Shown piece by piece: positions 9,652 through 18,583 of a DNA stretch of 64,000 nt (position 1 is the first letter of the stretch; the number at the start of each line of letters is the position of its first letter). A program made the position numbers and the translations under genes. The notes under the pieces were generated by a model. It worked only from the letters and a program-made list of their open reading frames with translations. It made no database searches and had not been told where the DNA came from. This DNA is from Candidatus Cryptobacteroides sp. (GTDB lineage: Bacteria > Bacteroidota > Bacteroidia > Bacteroidales > UBA932), in contig JBJEBJ010000010.1 in assembly GCA_051869955.1 (NCBI GenBank), positions 10,334 through 74,333 on the forward strand. The letters run 5' to 3'.

Positions 9652-10602
9652 ATGAGAAAGATATATAAATATATACTCATCCTCTCCGCAGTCTTCGGAA
9701 CCTGTGCCTGCGAGTCGGACAACGACAATCCGCGGGCGACCGGGGCATTCGATGTCTCCATCACGAGCTTCAATGTTCTCGGAGTGGATTCAAAGGCGGA
9801 ATGGGCTCCGAGAGTCGGGGCAATCGGAAAGATAATAAACAAGGATGGACATTGTCCTGACATCCTCTGCCTTCAGGAATGTGCCGACACGGCCAAACAG
9901 TCGGACCTCCGAAGGTTGTTTGCGGACAAATATGACAGCCACGCCATCGGGCTGACTGATGCCTCCCCTGCCCTGATTCTCTGGGACAGGAGCAAGTTCG
10001 CGAGGACAGATGCCGGATACTCGGACATGCTGCTCGGAGACCCTGGCTACGGAATGTCTGACTATACAGGCTCGCGTTATGCCCATTATGTGAGGCTCAT
10101 GGAGAAAAGCACGGGATGCGAATTCCTGGTCTATAATATCCATCTGAAGACCAATTCCACCACGGTTTCATACCAGAAACTGCGCTACGACTGCATAACG
10201 GCACTTTGTCCGGCAGCCATAGACAGGGCTGACAGGCTCGGAGGGATTCCGGTGTTCATAATGGGTGATTTCAACAACTACATCGACACCGAGGAGAGCG
10301 GATACATTTCCGCACCGTCGGCCTGCATTGCCGGAGGATTCACCGAGGCCTCATCCGTGGCCCGGGAGTGTATCAACCTGAATTACAAGACTTCAGGCGT
10401 TGACCTGAACGGAAAGGCCACACCGAGGCCGGACGGCAATTACAGAATCGACTACATCTTCTACCGGTACGGAGGTCCTGTCACAGTGAGCAGATACCAG
10501 ACCGTTATTGATTTCGTCGGCGGCTCCACCGAAGACATCAGCACCCCTGTCGCCTCCGACCATCATCCAGTCAACGCATCATTCCATTTAGAGTATAAAT
10601 AA
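9652..10602 (+). CDS. Endonuclease/exonuclease/phosphatase (EEP) family lipoprotein
   Basis: Lipoprotein signal (..GTCAC) and a complete EEP motif set: SFNV, DILCLQE, NIHL, MGDFN, RIDYIF, SDHHPV. Confidence 0.88.
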   Translation: MRKIYKYILILSAVFGTCACESDNDNPRATGAFDVSITSFNVLGVDSKAEWAPRVGAIGKIINKDGHCPDILCLQECADTAKQSDLRRLFADKYDSHAIGLTDASPALILWDRSKFARTDAGYSDMLLGDPGYGMSDYTGSRYAHYVRLMEKSTGCEFLVYNIHLKTNSTTVSYQKLRYDCITALCPAAIDRADRLGGIPVFIMGDFNNYIDTEESGYISAPSACIAGGFTEASSVARECINLNYKTSGVDLNGKATPRPDGNYRIDYIFYRYGGPVTVSRYQTVIDFVGGSTEDISTPVASDHHPVNASFHLEYK

Positions 10603-10605
10603 CTT

Positions 10606-12690
10606 ATGAAACGTATATTATTGTCCGCCCTTGCCGCGGCCGCAACAATCATTGCGGGCTGTACCAAATCACCAGATGCTCCGGTTCCGGAGACTGCAAC
10701 ATTCATTGACGTGAACGTGACGTTCGGACATCCGAAAATAAAGGCCGAGCCAGGCATGACCCTTCACGGATGGCTGTTCAGGAAAGACGTGACATCCGTG
10801 GAAACAAGTTCTCTCAAACCTGACATGGAAAAGTCTTTGACATTGACTGACAATCATATAACTGACGGATGCCGGCTGACATTCGAGCCGGTGGACAGGT
10901 CCTGGTCAATGATTCAGATTCTCGTATGGCTCGACAACAATGGCAGCGGTACTCTCGACGAGAATGACCTTGCAATGTTCTCCAACGCCACAGTCGAGTC
11001 GGTAGCATCCGGTGAAAGCACTCCGGTGAACTGCTCGGAGCTCTACGCATTGGACCTCAGGCTCACCAAAGCATACGGGGAGAAGGAATTCGTAGTGCCT
11101 GAAGGAAAAGCTGCAGATGCCGACCTCAACCTATACACGGAAGTCGTAATCGGGCCTCATATATGGCTGAAGGAGAGCCTCAGGACGACCAAATATCAGG
11201 ACGGCAGGGAGATTCTCCAGGCTGACGGAGATGCATTCGCTTCGGCCAATACTGCAGCATGCGTCAACCCTCATGCCACGGCGGAAGAACTTGAGACATT
11301 CGGTCTGCTGTACAACTGGTTCACTGTCAAGGAGGGAAATCCTTGCCCAGAAGGCTACAGGATTCCTTCGGATGCTGACTTCATAGCATTGGAGAGATTT
11401 GTGGCGCCTTTAGCTACCGACCTCGGCACTGACAAGGACGACGCCCCTGAGAAAAATGTAACGAGAGCGACTGAATACCGTCTCGGAACATTGCTGAAAT
11501 CCCCTGATTACGGATTTGCGGGAACGGACGAATACGGTTTCTGCGGTCTCCCGGGCGGTATTTACGGCACCTCTTTCGACCAGGGAGCCGGAGCATCGAC
11601 AATGACTCTCGCCATCTGGACAAGCGATGAGTTCAATTCCGCGAAAGGAATACGCCGTCTGCTCAGGGCCGGATGGGAAGGAGTTGGACGCGGAGCCGAC
11701 ACCAAAGCCAAAGGACATTCCCTCAGGTGCGTCAAGGACAATCCGGATTATGTCCCGAAACAGGACCTGCCGTCTCCTGAACTTTCAGTGGAAGGCACTA
11801 TGGTAAAATGGAGCGCTGTTCCTGAAGCATCAGGATACTCTATATCAATAGACGGCATTGCCGTACAGGAGCCTGTCCTGACGGAAAAGGACGGCATCAT
11901 TTCCTTCGACGTACTCTCTGTCAAGGAAGTCAAGACTCAGGATATCACCTATACGGTCACTGTTATCGCCAATGGCGATGCCGAAAGATGGAATCCTTCG
12001 GCCCCGGCATCGGTTCAGGTAATTGTCACCGGCCAGGGAGAGGAGCCTGTGGTGACTTACGTGGAGGACGTTGACGGGAACAAGTACGAGACCGTCACCA
12101 TCGGTACCCAGACATGGATGCGTGACCATCTGAGGACCACCAAGTTCTCCGACGGGACAGAAATTCCAAGTCTTTCCGGAGACGATTTCGCGAAAGCCAC
12201 TTCCGCTGCTTATGTCAATCCTTACCAGACTGCTGCCGAAACTGAAAAATACGGTCTGCTCTACAACTGGTATTCGGTTGCCACGACAGGCAAGAATCTC
12301 TGTCCTGAAGGATGGCACGTTCCTTCAGACGCTGAATTCAAGATCCTGGAGTCCTGCATTGCCCCGGAGGCTACAGACATAGATGCGGAGAACGGCACCA
12401 AAAACGTGTTCAGGGGTGTCGCACAGGGCCTCGGAAAGATGATGAAGTCCAACGCGGACGGATTCGGCGGAACGGCTGACTCCGAGTTCAGGGCATACGC
12501 CGGAGGTACATATTCCAATGCGCTGAGCAAGGATGCATCGGCTTCGACGAAGATATGCGTGCTCTGGGTGACTGACGAATATGACGGCACATACGCTTAC
12601 CGCAGGATGCTTCAGCACAACAATGACGGATCCGGACGCGGCGCCGCGAAGAAAACTGCCGGACAGTCTGTCAGATGTGTGAAAGATTAG
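10606..12690 (+). CDS. Lipoprotein with two Fibrobacter succinogenes major paralogous (FISUMP) domains separated by an Fn3-like domain
   Basis: Lipobox IIAGC, then two copies of D.D.N.Y..V.IG...W....LRTTK..DG..I / GLLYNW / CPEG..(I/V)PSDA.F..LE / G.S.RCVKD, with a beta-rich WSAVPEASGYSISIDG segment between them. Confidence 0.82.
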   Translation: MKRILLSALAAAATIIAGCTKSPDAPVPETATFIDVNVTFGHPKIKAEPGMTLHGWLFRKDVTSVETSSLKPDMEKSLTLTDNHITDGCRLTFEPVDRSWSMIQILVWLDNNGSGTLDENDLAMFSNATVESVASGESTPVNCSELYALDLRLTKAYGEKEFVVPEGKAADADLNLYTEVVIGPHIWLKESLRTTKYQDGREILQADGDAFASANTAACVNPHATAEELETFGLLYNWFTVKEGNPCPEGYRIPSDADFIALERFVAPLATDLGTDKDDAPEKNVTRATEYRLGTLLKSPDYGFAGTDEYGFCGLPGGIYGTSFDQGAGASTMTLAIWTSDEFNSAKGIRRLLRAGWEGVGRGADTKAKGHSLRCVKDNPDYVPKQDLPSPELSVEGTMVKWSAVPEASGYSISIDGIAVQEPVLTEKDGIISFDVLSVKEVKTQDITYTVTVIANGDAERWNPSAPASVQVIVTGQGEEPVVTYVEDVDGNKYETVTIGTQTWMRDHLRTTKFSDGTEIPSLSGDDFAKATSAAYVNPYQTAAETEKYGLLYNWYSVATTGKNLCPEGWHVPSDAEFKILESCIAPEATDIDAENGTKNVFRGVAQGLGKMMKSNADGFGGTADSEFRAYAGGTYSNALSKDASASTKICVLWVTDEYDGTYAYRRMLQHNNDGSGRGAAKKTAGQSVRCVKD

Positions 12691-12715
12691 TTATATTTCG
12701 TAAAAATTGTCATTG

Positions 12716-14557
12716 ATGAAAAAATTTGTCATTTTCATTCTTCTCGCGGCATCTATATGCGGATGCCGGAAACAGGTTCTTGTGGAAGCGGAATCGTTCG
12801 CGGAGACAGGCGGCTGGAAGATTGACCAGCAGTTCATGGACCAGATGGGCTCACCATACCTCATTGCACACGGGATGGGAGTGCCTGTGGAGGATGCCGT
12901 CACAAGTGTCAGGCTTCCTTCGAAGGGGAAATGGCAGGTTTACGCAAGAACATACAACTGGACCTCTCCGTGGCACGACGGAGAGGGTCCCGGTTGTTTC
13001 AGGATATCCGTTGACGGGAATGAACTCGGGGCTACGCTCGGCAACACCGGTACGGAATGGGAATGGCAGCATGCCGGGGAGATTGATGTGAACCAGCGGG
13101 ATATCAGGCTGGCCATTGTCGACGGAAGCGGATTCGACGGGCGTTGCGATGCGATTCTTTTCTGCAAGGAAATCCCTGACAATCTGCCTGATAGCACTGA
13201 AGCATGCGGAATTCTGAGAAAAAAACTTTCCCGGGAATGCAGACGGACGAGGAGCGCAGGTGATTTCGATTTCGTGGTAGCCGGAGGCGGCACTGCGGGT
13301 ATATGCGCAGCTGTCAGTGCGGCAAGACTCGGACTGAAGGTCGCTTTGGTTCACGACAGGCCGGTTCTCGGTGGCAACAACAGTTCGGAAATCCGGGTAC
13401 ATCTCGGTGGCGTGATCAATTGCGGACCTTACCCGGAGCTCGGTAACATCGTGAAGGAATTCGGGCATACGAAGAAGGGCAATGCAATGCCGGCCGAAAA
13501 TTATGAAGACTGGAAAAAGGACAGTCTCATAGCCTCCGAGCCGGGGATAACGCTTTTCCGGGAGTTCAGGATAGTCGAGGCCGGCATGGACGGAAAACGC
13601 ATCAAGTCATTGACTGCCAAGAATATCAGGACCGGTGAGCAGTTCCGGTTCAAGGCTCCTCTTTTCGCCGACTGCACCGGAGACGGCAATGTGGGGGCAC
13701 TCGCGGGGGCGGATTTCAGGACTGGACGTGAATCCCGGGAACAGACTGGCGAGCCGGGGGCGGTGGATGTAGCAGACAAGCAGGTGATGGGAGCTTCTGT
13801 ACAATGGTATTCGGAGGACTGCGAAGAAGAATCCGGATTTCCGGTATTCGAATACGGCAAGGTATTCACTGACAGCAGCGCGCAGAAGGTACGCAAAGGT
13901 GAATGGACCTGGGAGACCGGCATGAACAGGGACCAGATAGCAGAAGCCGAGAGAGTCAGGGACCACGGCCTGCTCGTGGTGTATTCGAACTGGTCATGGC
14001 TGAAGAATTTTTCATCGGCAAAAGAGGAATTCGCTACTGACAGGCTGGCCTGGGTGGCCTACATTGCAGGCAAACGCGAGTCACGCCGTCTTCTCGGAGA
14101 TATTGTGCTGACCCAGAACGACATACTCGGGAACGTGCCTTACGACGATGCTACCGCTGCGACATCCTGGTCGATTGACCTGCATTATCCTGACCCGAAA
14201 AACTCGGCATTTTTCCCGGGAGAGGAATTCAAGGCCATCTGCGTCCAAGAGCCCATCTACATCTACCCTGTGCCTTACCGGTGCCTGTATTCGAGAAACA
14301 TACAGAATCTGTTCATGGCGGGCAGGGACATCAGCGTGACTCATGTGGCTCTCGGCACCGTGCGTGTCATGAGGACGACTTCAATGCTCGGCGAGGTCGT
14401 GGGTATGGCCGCCTCGATTTGTCACGATGAGGAATGCACTCCGAGACAGGTCTATATCGAGCATCTCGACCGTCTCAAGGACCTGATGCGTGAGGGCTGC
14501 GGCCGCAAAGGCCTCCCTGACACGCAGCGTTTCAATCTCGGCAGGAAGAAACGTTAA
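12716..14557 (+). CDS. FAD-dependent oxidoreductase (FAD_oxidored-like), probable lipoprotein
   Basis: Signal ending ICGC, N-terminal VEAESF beta-domain, FAD motif VVAGGGTAG..AAVSAARLG, LGGNNSSE, FADCTGDG, RESRRL, NLFMAGRDIS and RVMRT. Confidence 0.85.
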   Translation: MKKFVIFILLAASICGCRKQVLVEAESFAETGGWKIDQQFMDQMGSPYLIAHGMGVPVEDAVTSVRLPSKGKWQVYARTYNWTSPWHDGEGPGCFRISVDGNELGATLGNTGTEWEWQHAGEIDVNQRDIRLAIVDGSGFDGRCDAILFCKEIPDNLPDSTEACGILRKKLSRECRRTRSAGDFDFVVAGGGTAGICAAVSAARLGLKVALVHDRPVLGGNNSSEIRVHLGGVINCGPYPELGNIVKEFGHTKKGNAMPAENYEDWKKDSLIASEPGITLFREFRIVEAGMDGKRIKSLTAKNIRTGEQFRFKAPLFADCTGDGNVGALAGADFRTGRESREQTGEPGAVDVADKQVMGASVQWYSEDCEEESGFPVFEYGKVFTDSSAQKVRKGEWTWETGMNRDQIAEAERVRDHGLLVVYSNWSWLKNFSSAKEEFATDRLAWVAYIAGKRESRRLLGDIVLTQNDILGNVPYDDATAATSWSIDLHYPDPKNSAFFPGEEFKAICVQEPIYIYPVPYRCLYSRNIQNLFMAGRDISVTHVALGTVRVMRTTSMLGEVVGMAASICHDEECTPRQVYIEHLDRLKDLMREGCGRKGLPDTQRFNLGRKKR

Positions 14558-14763
14558 TCAGCCTGCGCAAGGCTCTCCGGCATGACACAGTTCCTGGCCG
14601 AACGGCATTTCATGCATCCGATACAAGGGCGAATTTTCCAGTTCTGTGCATATTCTACATATACAGTTGCGCCTGACTTCATGGCCTCTTCCTTCATAAG
14701 TTCAAGCCGTTTGGAAATATTGCCCGTCCGTCTCGGGCTGGCATTGATTATCAATAGTTTCAT
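14554..14763 (-). pseudogene. Truncated flavodoxin-family / NADPH-dependent FMN reductase
   Basis: MKLLIINASPRRTGNIS...IRPCIGCMKCRSARNCVMPE is the typical N-terminus (SPR..GN plus CxxCxxC). The ORF stops after ~69 aa where it meets the oxidoreductase 3' end; full-length members are roughly three times longer. Confidence 0.78.
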
Positions 14764-14865
14764 CGTTGTTTGCGGATTAATTTCCGCAAAAATACTTAAT
14801 TTTGGGACATTGTACCGAATTTTTCTTAAATTTACGAGATATATGGTCAATACGCCACATTGAAT

Positions 14866-15075
14866 ATGCCGACAAACAAAATATCATATTTTATTGCTTT
14901 TTGCATTGAGCAATATAAGGCTGCCAAAGGAATGGCGGGCGAAGAAGTGGCAAAACTCTTTTTTGAGAAAGGGGTTGACCGATATCTTTCCGACAATTTT
15001 GAAGTACTGCACACCCAAAGCCACCAATGGCTCATTGAAGAGATTGATGAATATATAAACAGACAATGCAAATGA
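14866..15075 (+). CDS. DUF3791-like small protein
   Basis: [10 protein letters not shown]...[24 protein letters not shown]; ATGA overlap with the next gene. Confidence 0.75.
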   Translation: MPTNKISYFIAFCIEQYKAAKGMAGEEVAKLFFEKGVDRYLSDNFEVLHTQSHQWLIEEIDEYINRQCK

Positions 15076-15557
15076 GACTCTACCACGGAAGCATAGATGT
15101 GGTTGCACACCCGGAGATACGCAAACCCAACCGGACACTTGACTATGGCAGCGGTTTTTATACCACAACTGACTATGTTCAAGCTGAACAATGGGCATTG
15201 CGACGTATAAAGAACACTCAGAAGAACGCATACGTCAATATTTATGAGATTGATGTAGAAGCTATCCGAAATGCCAACACCCTTTGGTTCGACTCTCCTT
15301 CAGAAGAATGGGTTGATTTTGTTTATTCCAACCGTAATAACCGTTTATTTGACCATAATTACGACTTTGTTTACGGACCGGTTGCCAATGACCGTGTCTA
15401 TGCCCCCCAATTCGCATTGTACGAAGCCGGGCTCATCAGCAAGCAGACGCTCATTCAAGAATTGAAGACTTACACCCTTGTCGACCAATTGCTGTTCAAC
15501 ACGCCTCTGTCCCTGAAGTTCATCACATTTATAGAATCAAAGAGAGTTGCGCTATGA
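15072..15557 (+). CDS. DUF3990 protein (predicted ADP-ribosyltransferase-like fold)
   Basis: [17 protein letters not shown]...[28 protein letters not shown] and DQLLFNT; translationally coupled on both sides. Confidence 0.82.
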   Translation: MRLYHGSIDVVAHPEIRKPNRTLDYGSGFYTTTDYVQAEQWALRRIKNTQKNAYVNIYEIDVEAIRNANTLWFDSPSEEWVDFVYSNRNNRLFDHNYDFVYGPVANDRVYAPQFALYEAGLISKQTLIQELKTYTLVDQLLFNTPLSLKFITFIESKRVAL

Positions 15558-15772
15558 CAGATATTAATAAAGAAAATCTTTATCTGCTTCTTCCCGGAAT
15601 AATAGCAGGTATAGCCCGGATTTACGCTGAAGATAAACGGTGCAGCGAAATAGAAGCAATCCAGAAGATATATGCTTCGGAACTCTACCCGCGTCTTGCT
15701 GACGAATCAAGCAAACTATGGCATCTCGGCCCCGTAGCCCTCTATGAAGAACTATTGAATCCATCCTTATAA
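15554..15772 (+). CDS. Small protein, DUF3791-like third gene of the DUF3990 operon
   Basis: [27 protein letters not shown] resembles the Y.S..Y..L.DE..KLWH motif of DUF3990 partners; ATGA overlap. Confidence 0.65.
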   Translation: MTDINKENLYLLLPGIIAGIARIYAEDKRCSEIEAIQKIYASELYPRLADESSKLWHLGPVALYEELLNPSL

Positions 15773-15791
15773 GGTTCACCCGTCACTTTTT

Positions 15792-15837
15792 TTTGCATAT
15801 TCAAATATATTGCCTATCTTTGTATCGTCAACCGATA
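15792..15837 (+). promoter_or_regulatory. Bacteroidota sigmaA promoter with an abutting palindromic operator
   Basis: TTTG (15792-95), a 19-nt spacer and TATCTTTG (15815-22), immediately followed by the palindrome TATCG-N5-CGATA (15823-37), upstream of padR. Confidence 0.62.
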
Positions 15838-15853
15838 TAATAATAGGCGATAT

Positions 15854-16174
15854 ATGAACAGTTCAGCATCAGCATTGACGGAATCGATATACTACATCCT
15901 TCTTGCATTGCAGGAACCGATGCACGGCTATGGCATAATGCAGAAGACATCGGCATTGAGCAAAGGCCGGCTGATTCTTTCTGCAGGAACATTGTATGGA
16001 GCTATTTCCAACCTCCTTGAAAAAGGATGGATCGCCCCTGGCGGGGAAAGTACGGACCCGGACAGCAGAAGGAAGATGTACAAAATCACCGATGCCGGAC
16101 AGGAGGCGCTGAAGGCGGAATTGGAACGCCTTGAGGAACTTGTTTCTAATGGAAGAGAACTAATTAAAGGATAA
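15854..16174 (+). CDS. PadR-family transcriptional regulator
   Basis: LTESIYYILLAL..PMHGYGIMQ, LSAGTLYGAISNLLEKGWI and RRKMYKITDAG. Confidence 0.9.
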   Translation: MNSSASALTESIYYILLALQEPMHGYGIMQKTSALSKGRLILSAGTLYGAISNLLEKGWIAPGGESTDPDSRRKMYKITDAGQEALKAELERLEELVSNGRELIKG

Positions 16175-16178
16175 GGCA

Positions 16179-16745
16179 ATGAAAACGAAAAAAATCGTGT
16201 TCAACTGGTTCATCGACTTCGACAAGGAAGAAAGATGGCTGAATGAGATGTCCCGGCAGGGCTGGTGCCTATGGCATGCCGACGTTTACTTTTACAGGTT
16301 CAAGAGGTCGGAACCAGGCGAGTTCATATTCCAGATTGACTTTGATGAGGACTATATCAACAAAAGCAACGAAGATTATGTCAATTTCAGGTCATCCTGC
16401 GGAGATATTTTCGTACACGAATGTGACAGCAAGATTTACTGGAAAAGAAAAGCGGCTGACGGGCCGTTCGATAACAACGATAACGTTACAGCAAAGCTGC
16501 GGCTTGCCTACAAAGCCTTCAACCTCCAGTTCAAAAGCCTGACGGGAATAATATATACGGGAGCCGTCGGAATTCTGCTCCTCCCTATACTCAAGCTGCT
16601 CCCTGAATGCGGATTTACAAAGTATATGACCGATCTCTGCCGGGGTCTCCCGATTGTAATAATCCTCGTGGCTGCTTTCGTCCAGCTCCCGATGGTAATT
16701 AAAATCCTCAAGAAAATGGATGAGCTTGTCAAGAAGACATTCTGA
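16179..16745 (+). CDS. DUF2812-like membrane protein
   Basis: FDKEERWLNEMSRQGWCL, Y.FKRSEPGE...QIDF, two C-terminal TM segments; the usual partner of PadR. Confidence 0.75.
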   Translation: MKTKKIVFNWFIDFDKEERWLNEMSRQGWCLWHADVYFYRFKRSEPGEFIFQIDFDEDYINKSNEDYVNFRSSCGDIFVHECDSKIYWKRKAADGPFDNNDNVTAKLRLAYKAFNLQFKSLTGIIYTGAVGILLLPILKLLPECGFTKYMTDLCRGLPIVIILVAAFVQLPMVIKILKKMDELVKKTF

Positions 16746-16786
16746 ACTTTTACTGTCGTGCGGCCGCACTATGTAGCAAGCAATCT

Positions 16787-18436
16787 TTACTGATACAGAA
16801 AACGCTTGATGCTGCCCTTGGGAGTCTTGGCAAAAGGCTCGTAATGCAATTCGTACGATGACACGAGGGAGTAGGCCGGGACAATCTTGTTGAGCGACTC
16901 GAGATTCGAATCCATTATGCTGACAAGGCTTTCCGCGTCTGTCCCGGCATCGGCGAGAGCGTTCTGGTCAGGCACGATTATCGCGACCAGTTTTTCTTTC
17001 CTGCTGACTATCAATGACTCCGAGACAAACGGCATATTATTCAATATCACTTCGATTTCCTCCGGATAGATATTCTGCCCGTTGGAAGAGAGAATCATGC
17101 TCTTGCTCCTGCCCACGAGGAAAAGTGTGCCTTCCTTGTCCAATGTTCCGAGGTCACCGGTCCTGAACCATCCGTCCTCCGTGAACACTGCAGCCGTAGC
17201 CTCTTCATTCTTGTAATATCCCGGGAATACGCAGTCCCCCTTCACCAAAACTTCACCTGCTATCTTGGATGGGTTCACCGAATTGATTTTCAATTCAATA
17301 TGTTCGCTTACATATTCTCCGACGGACTTCAGCTTATAGGCTCCCGGACGCCCCAATGAGATTGTCGGGGCACATTCCGTCATTCCATAGGCTGTCACGA
17401 AAGGAGTCCTGAGTTTCACTGCAAGCAGCTGCTCCACCTGGTCCGGAATTGCGGCCCCGCCAGTGACGAAAACTTCAAGGGAGCCTCCCATTGCGGACAT
17501 GAAAATGGTTCTTAGCGCGTCACAATAATCCGGATTGGACTGCCAGGCGGCGAGCTTTGCCTTTCCGGAACGGCTGTTCACGAATTCCCCTATGGAATCC
17601 TCGATCATCTTGACCAGGACGAGAGGAACCGAGAAGAAAAGCTTCGGACGGTGCTCCCTGAGGGCATGCTTGAGATTGGTCGGTACCGGCGGTACGTACA
17701 GCACGACGAGGTGCATTCCGCAGCACAGCGGAGTAATCATGTCGAATGTGAGTCCGAAAATATGGGCATAAGGAAGCACGCTGACGAAACTCTCGCCCTG
17801 CCTGTAGGGAAAATGCGATGGCAGCATGTCCACGTTGGCACTGAAATTCCTGACAGTGAGCATTACACCTTTCGGGAATCCGGTCGAGCCGGAGGTGTAC
17901 ATTATCCCGCAGAGGTCGTCCATGGAACGCTCCGGATAGTTCACGTCCTCCGGTTTCAATCCGTCCGGATGCGCTTGCGCGAACATGGTGTCACGAGCTT
18001 CATAGACATCTGCGAATCCGTTCCTCGAAGCGAGCAGTTCACCGCTCCTGAGGTCCACTGCACCGAGGAGTCCCGGCATCCCGTCGAAGTCCATGTCCTT
18101 GAATATGGATTTCTCCGTGAACAGGATACGGCTGTCAGAATGGTTCACGAGAGCCTGTATGTCATGCGGCATATATCCGTTCAGCAATTCCACGGCGACA
18201 TATCCTCCGGAGACGGCAGCCATGAATGTCTGGGCCCATTTGGCTGAACTCCTGGCATTTATTGCAATCTTGTCTCCGTGTTTCAGTCCTGCAGCCCGGA
18301 AATAGATATGTATCTTCTCTATTTCCTCCGCCAGTTCCCCATAAGTCATCACCGGCTCGCGGTAATCCTGCAGTGCAGGCATATTCCAACAATTCCTTAC
18401 CGTCCTCCCGAATGTCTGTATAAAGTACTCCATCAT
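16787..18436 (-). CDS. Long-chain acyl-CoA synthetase (AMP-binding family), paralogue 2
   Basis: Same motifs as 1044-2690 and colinear with it, with long identical stretches. Start taken at MMEYFIQ. Confidence 0.9.
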   Translation of the reverse strand: MMEYFIQTFGRTVRNCWNMPALQDYREPVMTYGELAEEIEKIHIYFRAAGLKHGDKIAINARSSAKWAQTFMAAVSGGYVAVELLNGYMPHDIQALVNHSDSRILFTEKSIFKDMDFDGMPGLLGAVDLRSGELLASRNGFADVYEARDTMFAQAHPDGLKPEDVNYPERSMDDLCGIMYTSGSTGFPKGVMLTVRNFSANVDMLPSHFPYRQGESFVSVLPYAHIFGLTFDMITPLCCGMHLVVLYVPPVPTNLKHALREHRPKLFFSVPLVLVKMIEDSIGEFVNSRSGKAKLAAWQSNPDYCDALRTIFMSAMGGSLEVFVTGGAAIPDQVEQLLAVKLRTPFVTAYGMTECAPTISLGRPGAYKLKSVGEYVSEHIELKINSVNPSKIAGEVLVKGDCVFPGYYKNEEATAAVFTEDGWFRTGDLGTLDKEGTLFLVGRSKSMILSSNGQNIYPEEIEVILNNMPFVSESLIVSRKEKLVAIIVPDQNALADAGTDAESLVSIMDSNLESLNKIVPAYSLVSSYELHYEPFAKTPKGSIKRFLYQ

Positions 18437-18525
18437 TGTCGTCGTTTTATATCCATTAGACGACAAATTTAATATTTTCTACGCTTTTTAGGTAAAAATT
18501 CCTAAAAATAGCCCTTTTAAGACAC

Positions 18526-18554
18526 AAAAAGGGCCTGACTGGAAAGTCAAGCCC
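18526..18554 (-). terminator. Rho-independent terminator after the gyrA-TPR operon
   Basis: Minus strand GGGCTTGACT-TTCC-AGTCAGGCCC followed by TTTTT. Confidence 0.72.
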
Positions 18555-18583
18555 CCATTTATCATCAGCTATTGCGCAGTCCC

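Noticed and set aside
10606-12690. FISUMP repeats as a diversity-generating retroelement VR/TR pair
   Set aside because: Both copies are in-frame coding domains that differ at all base types rather than only adenines, and no reverse transcriptase is in the window.
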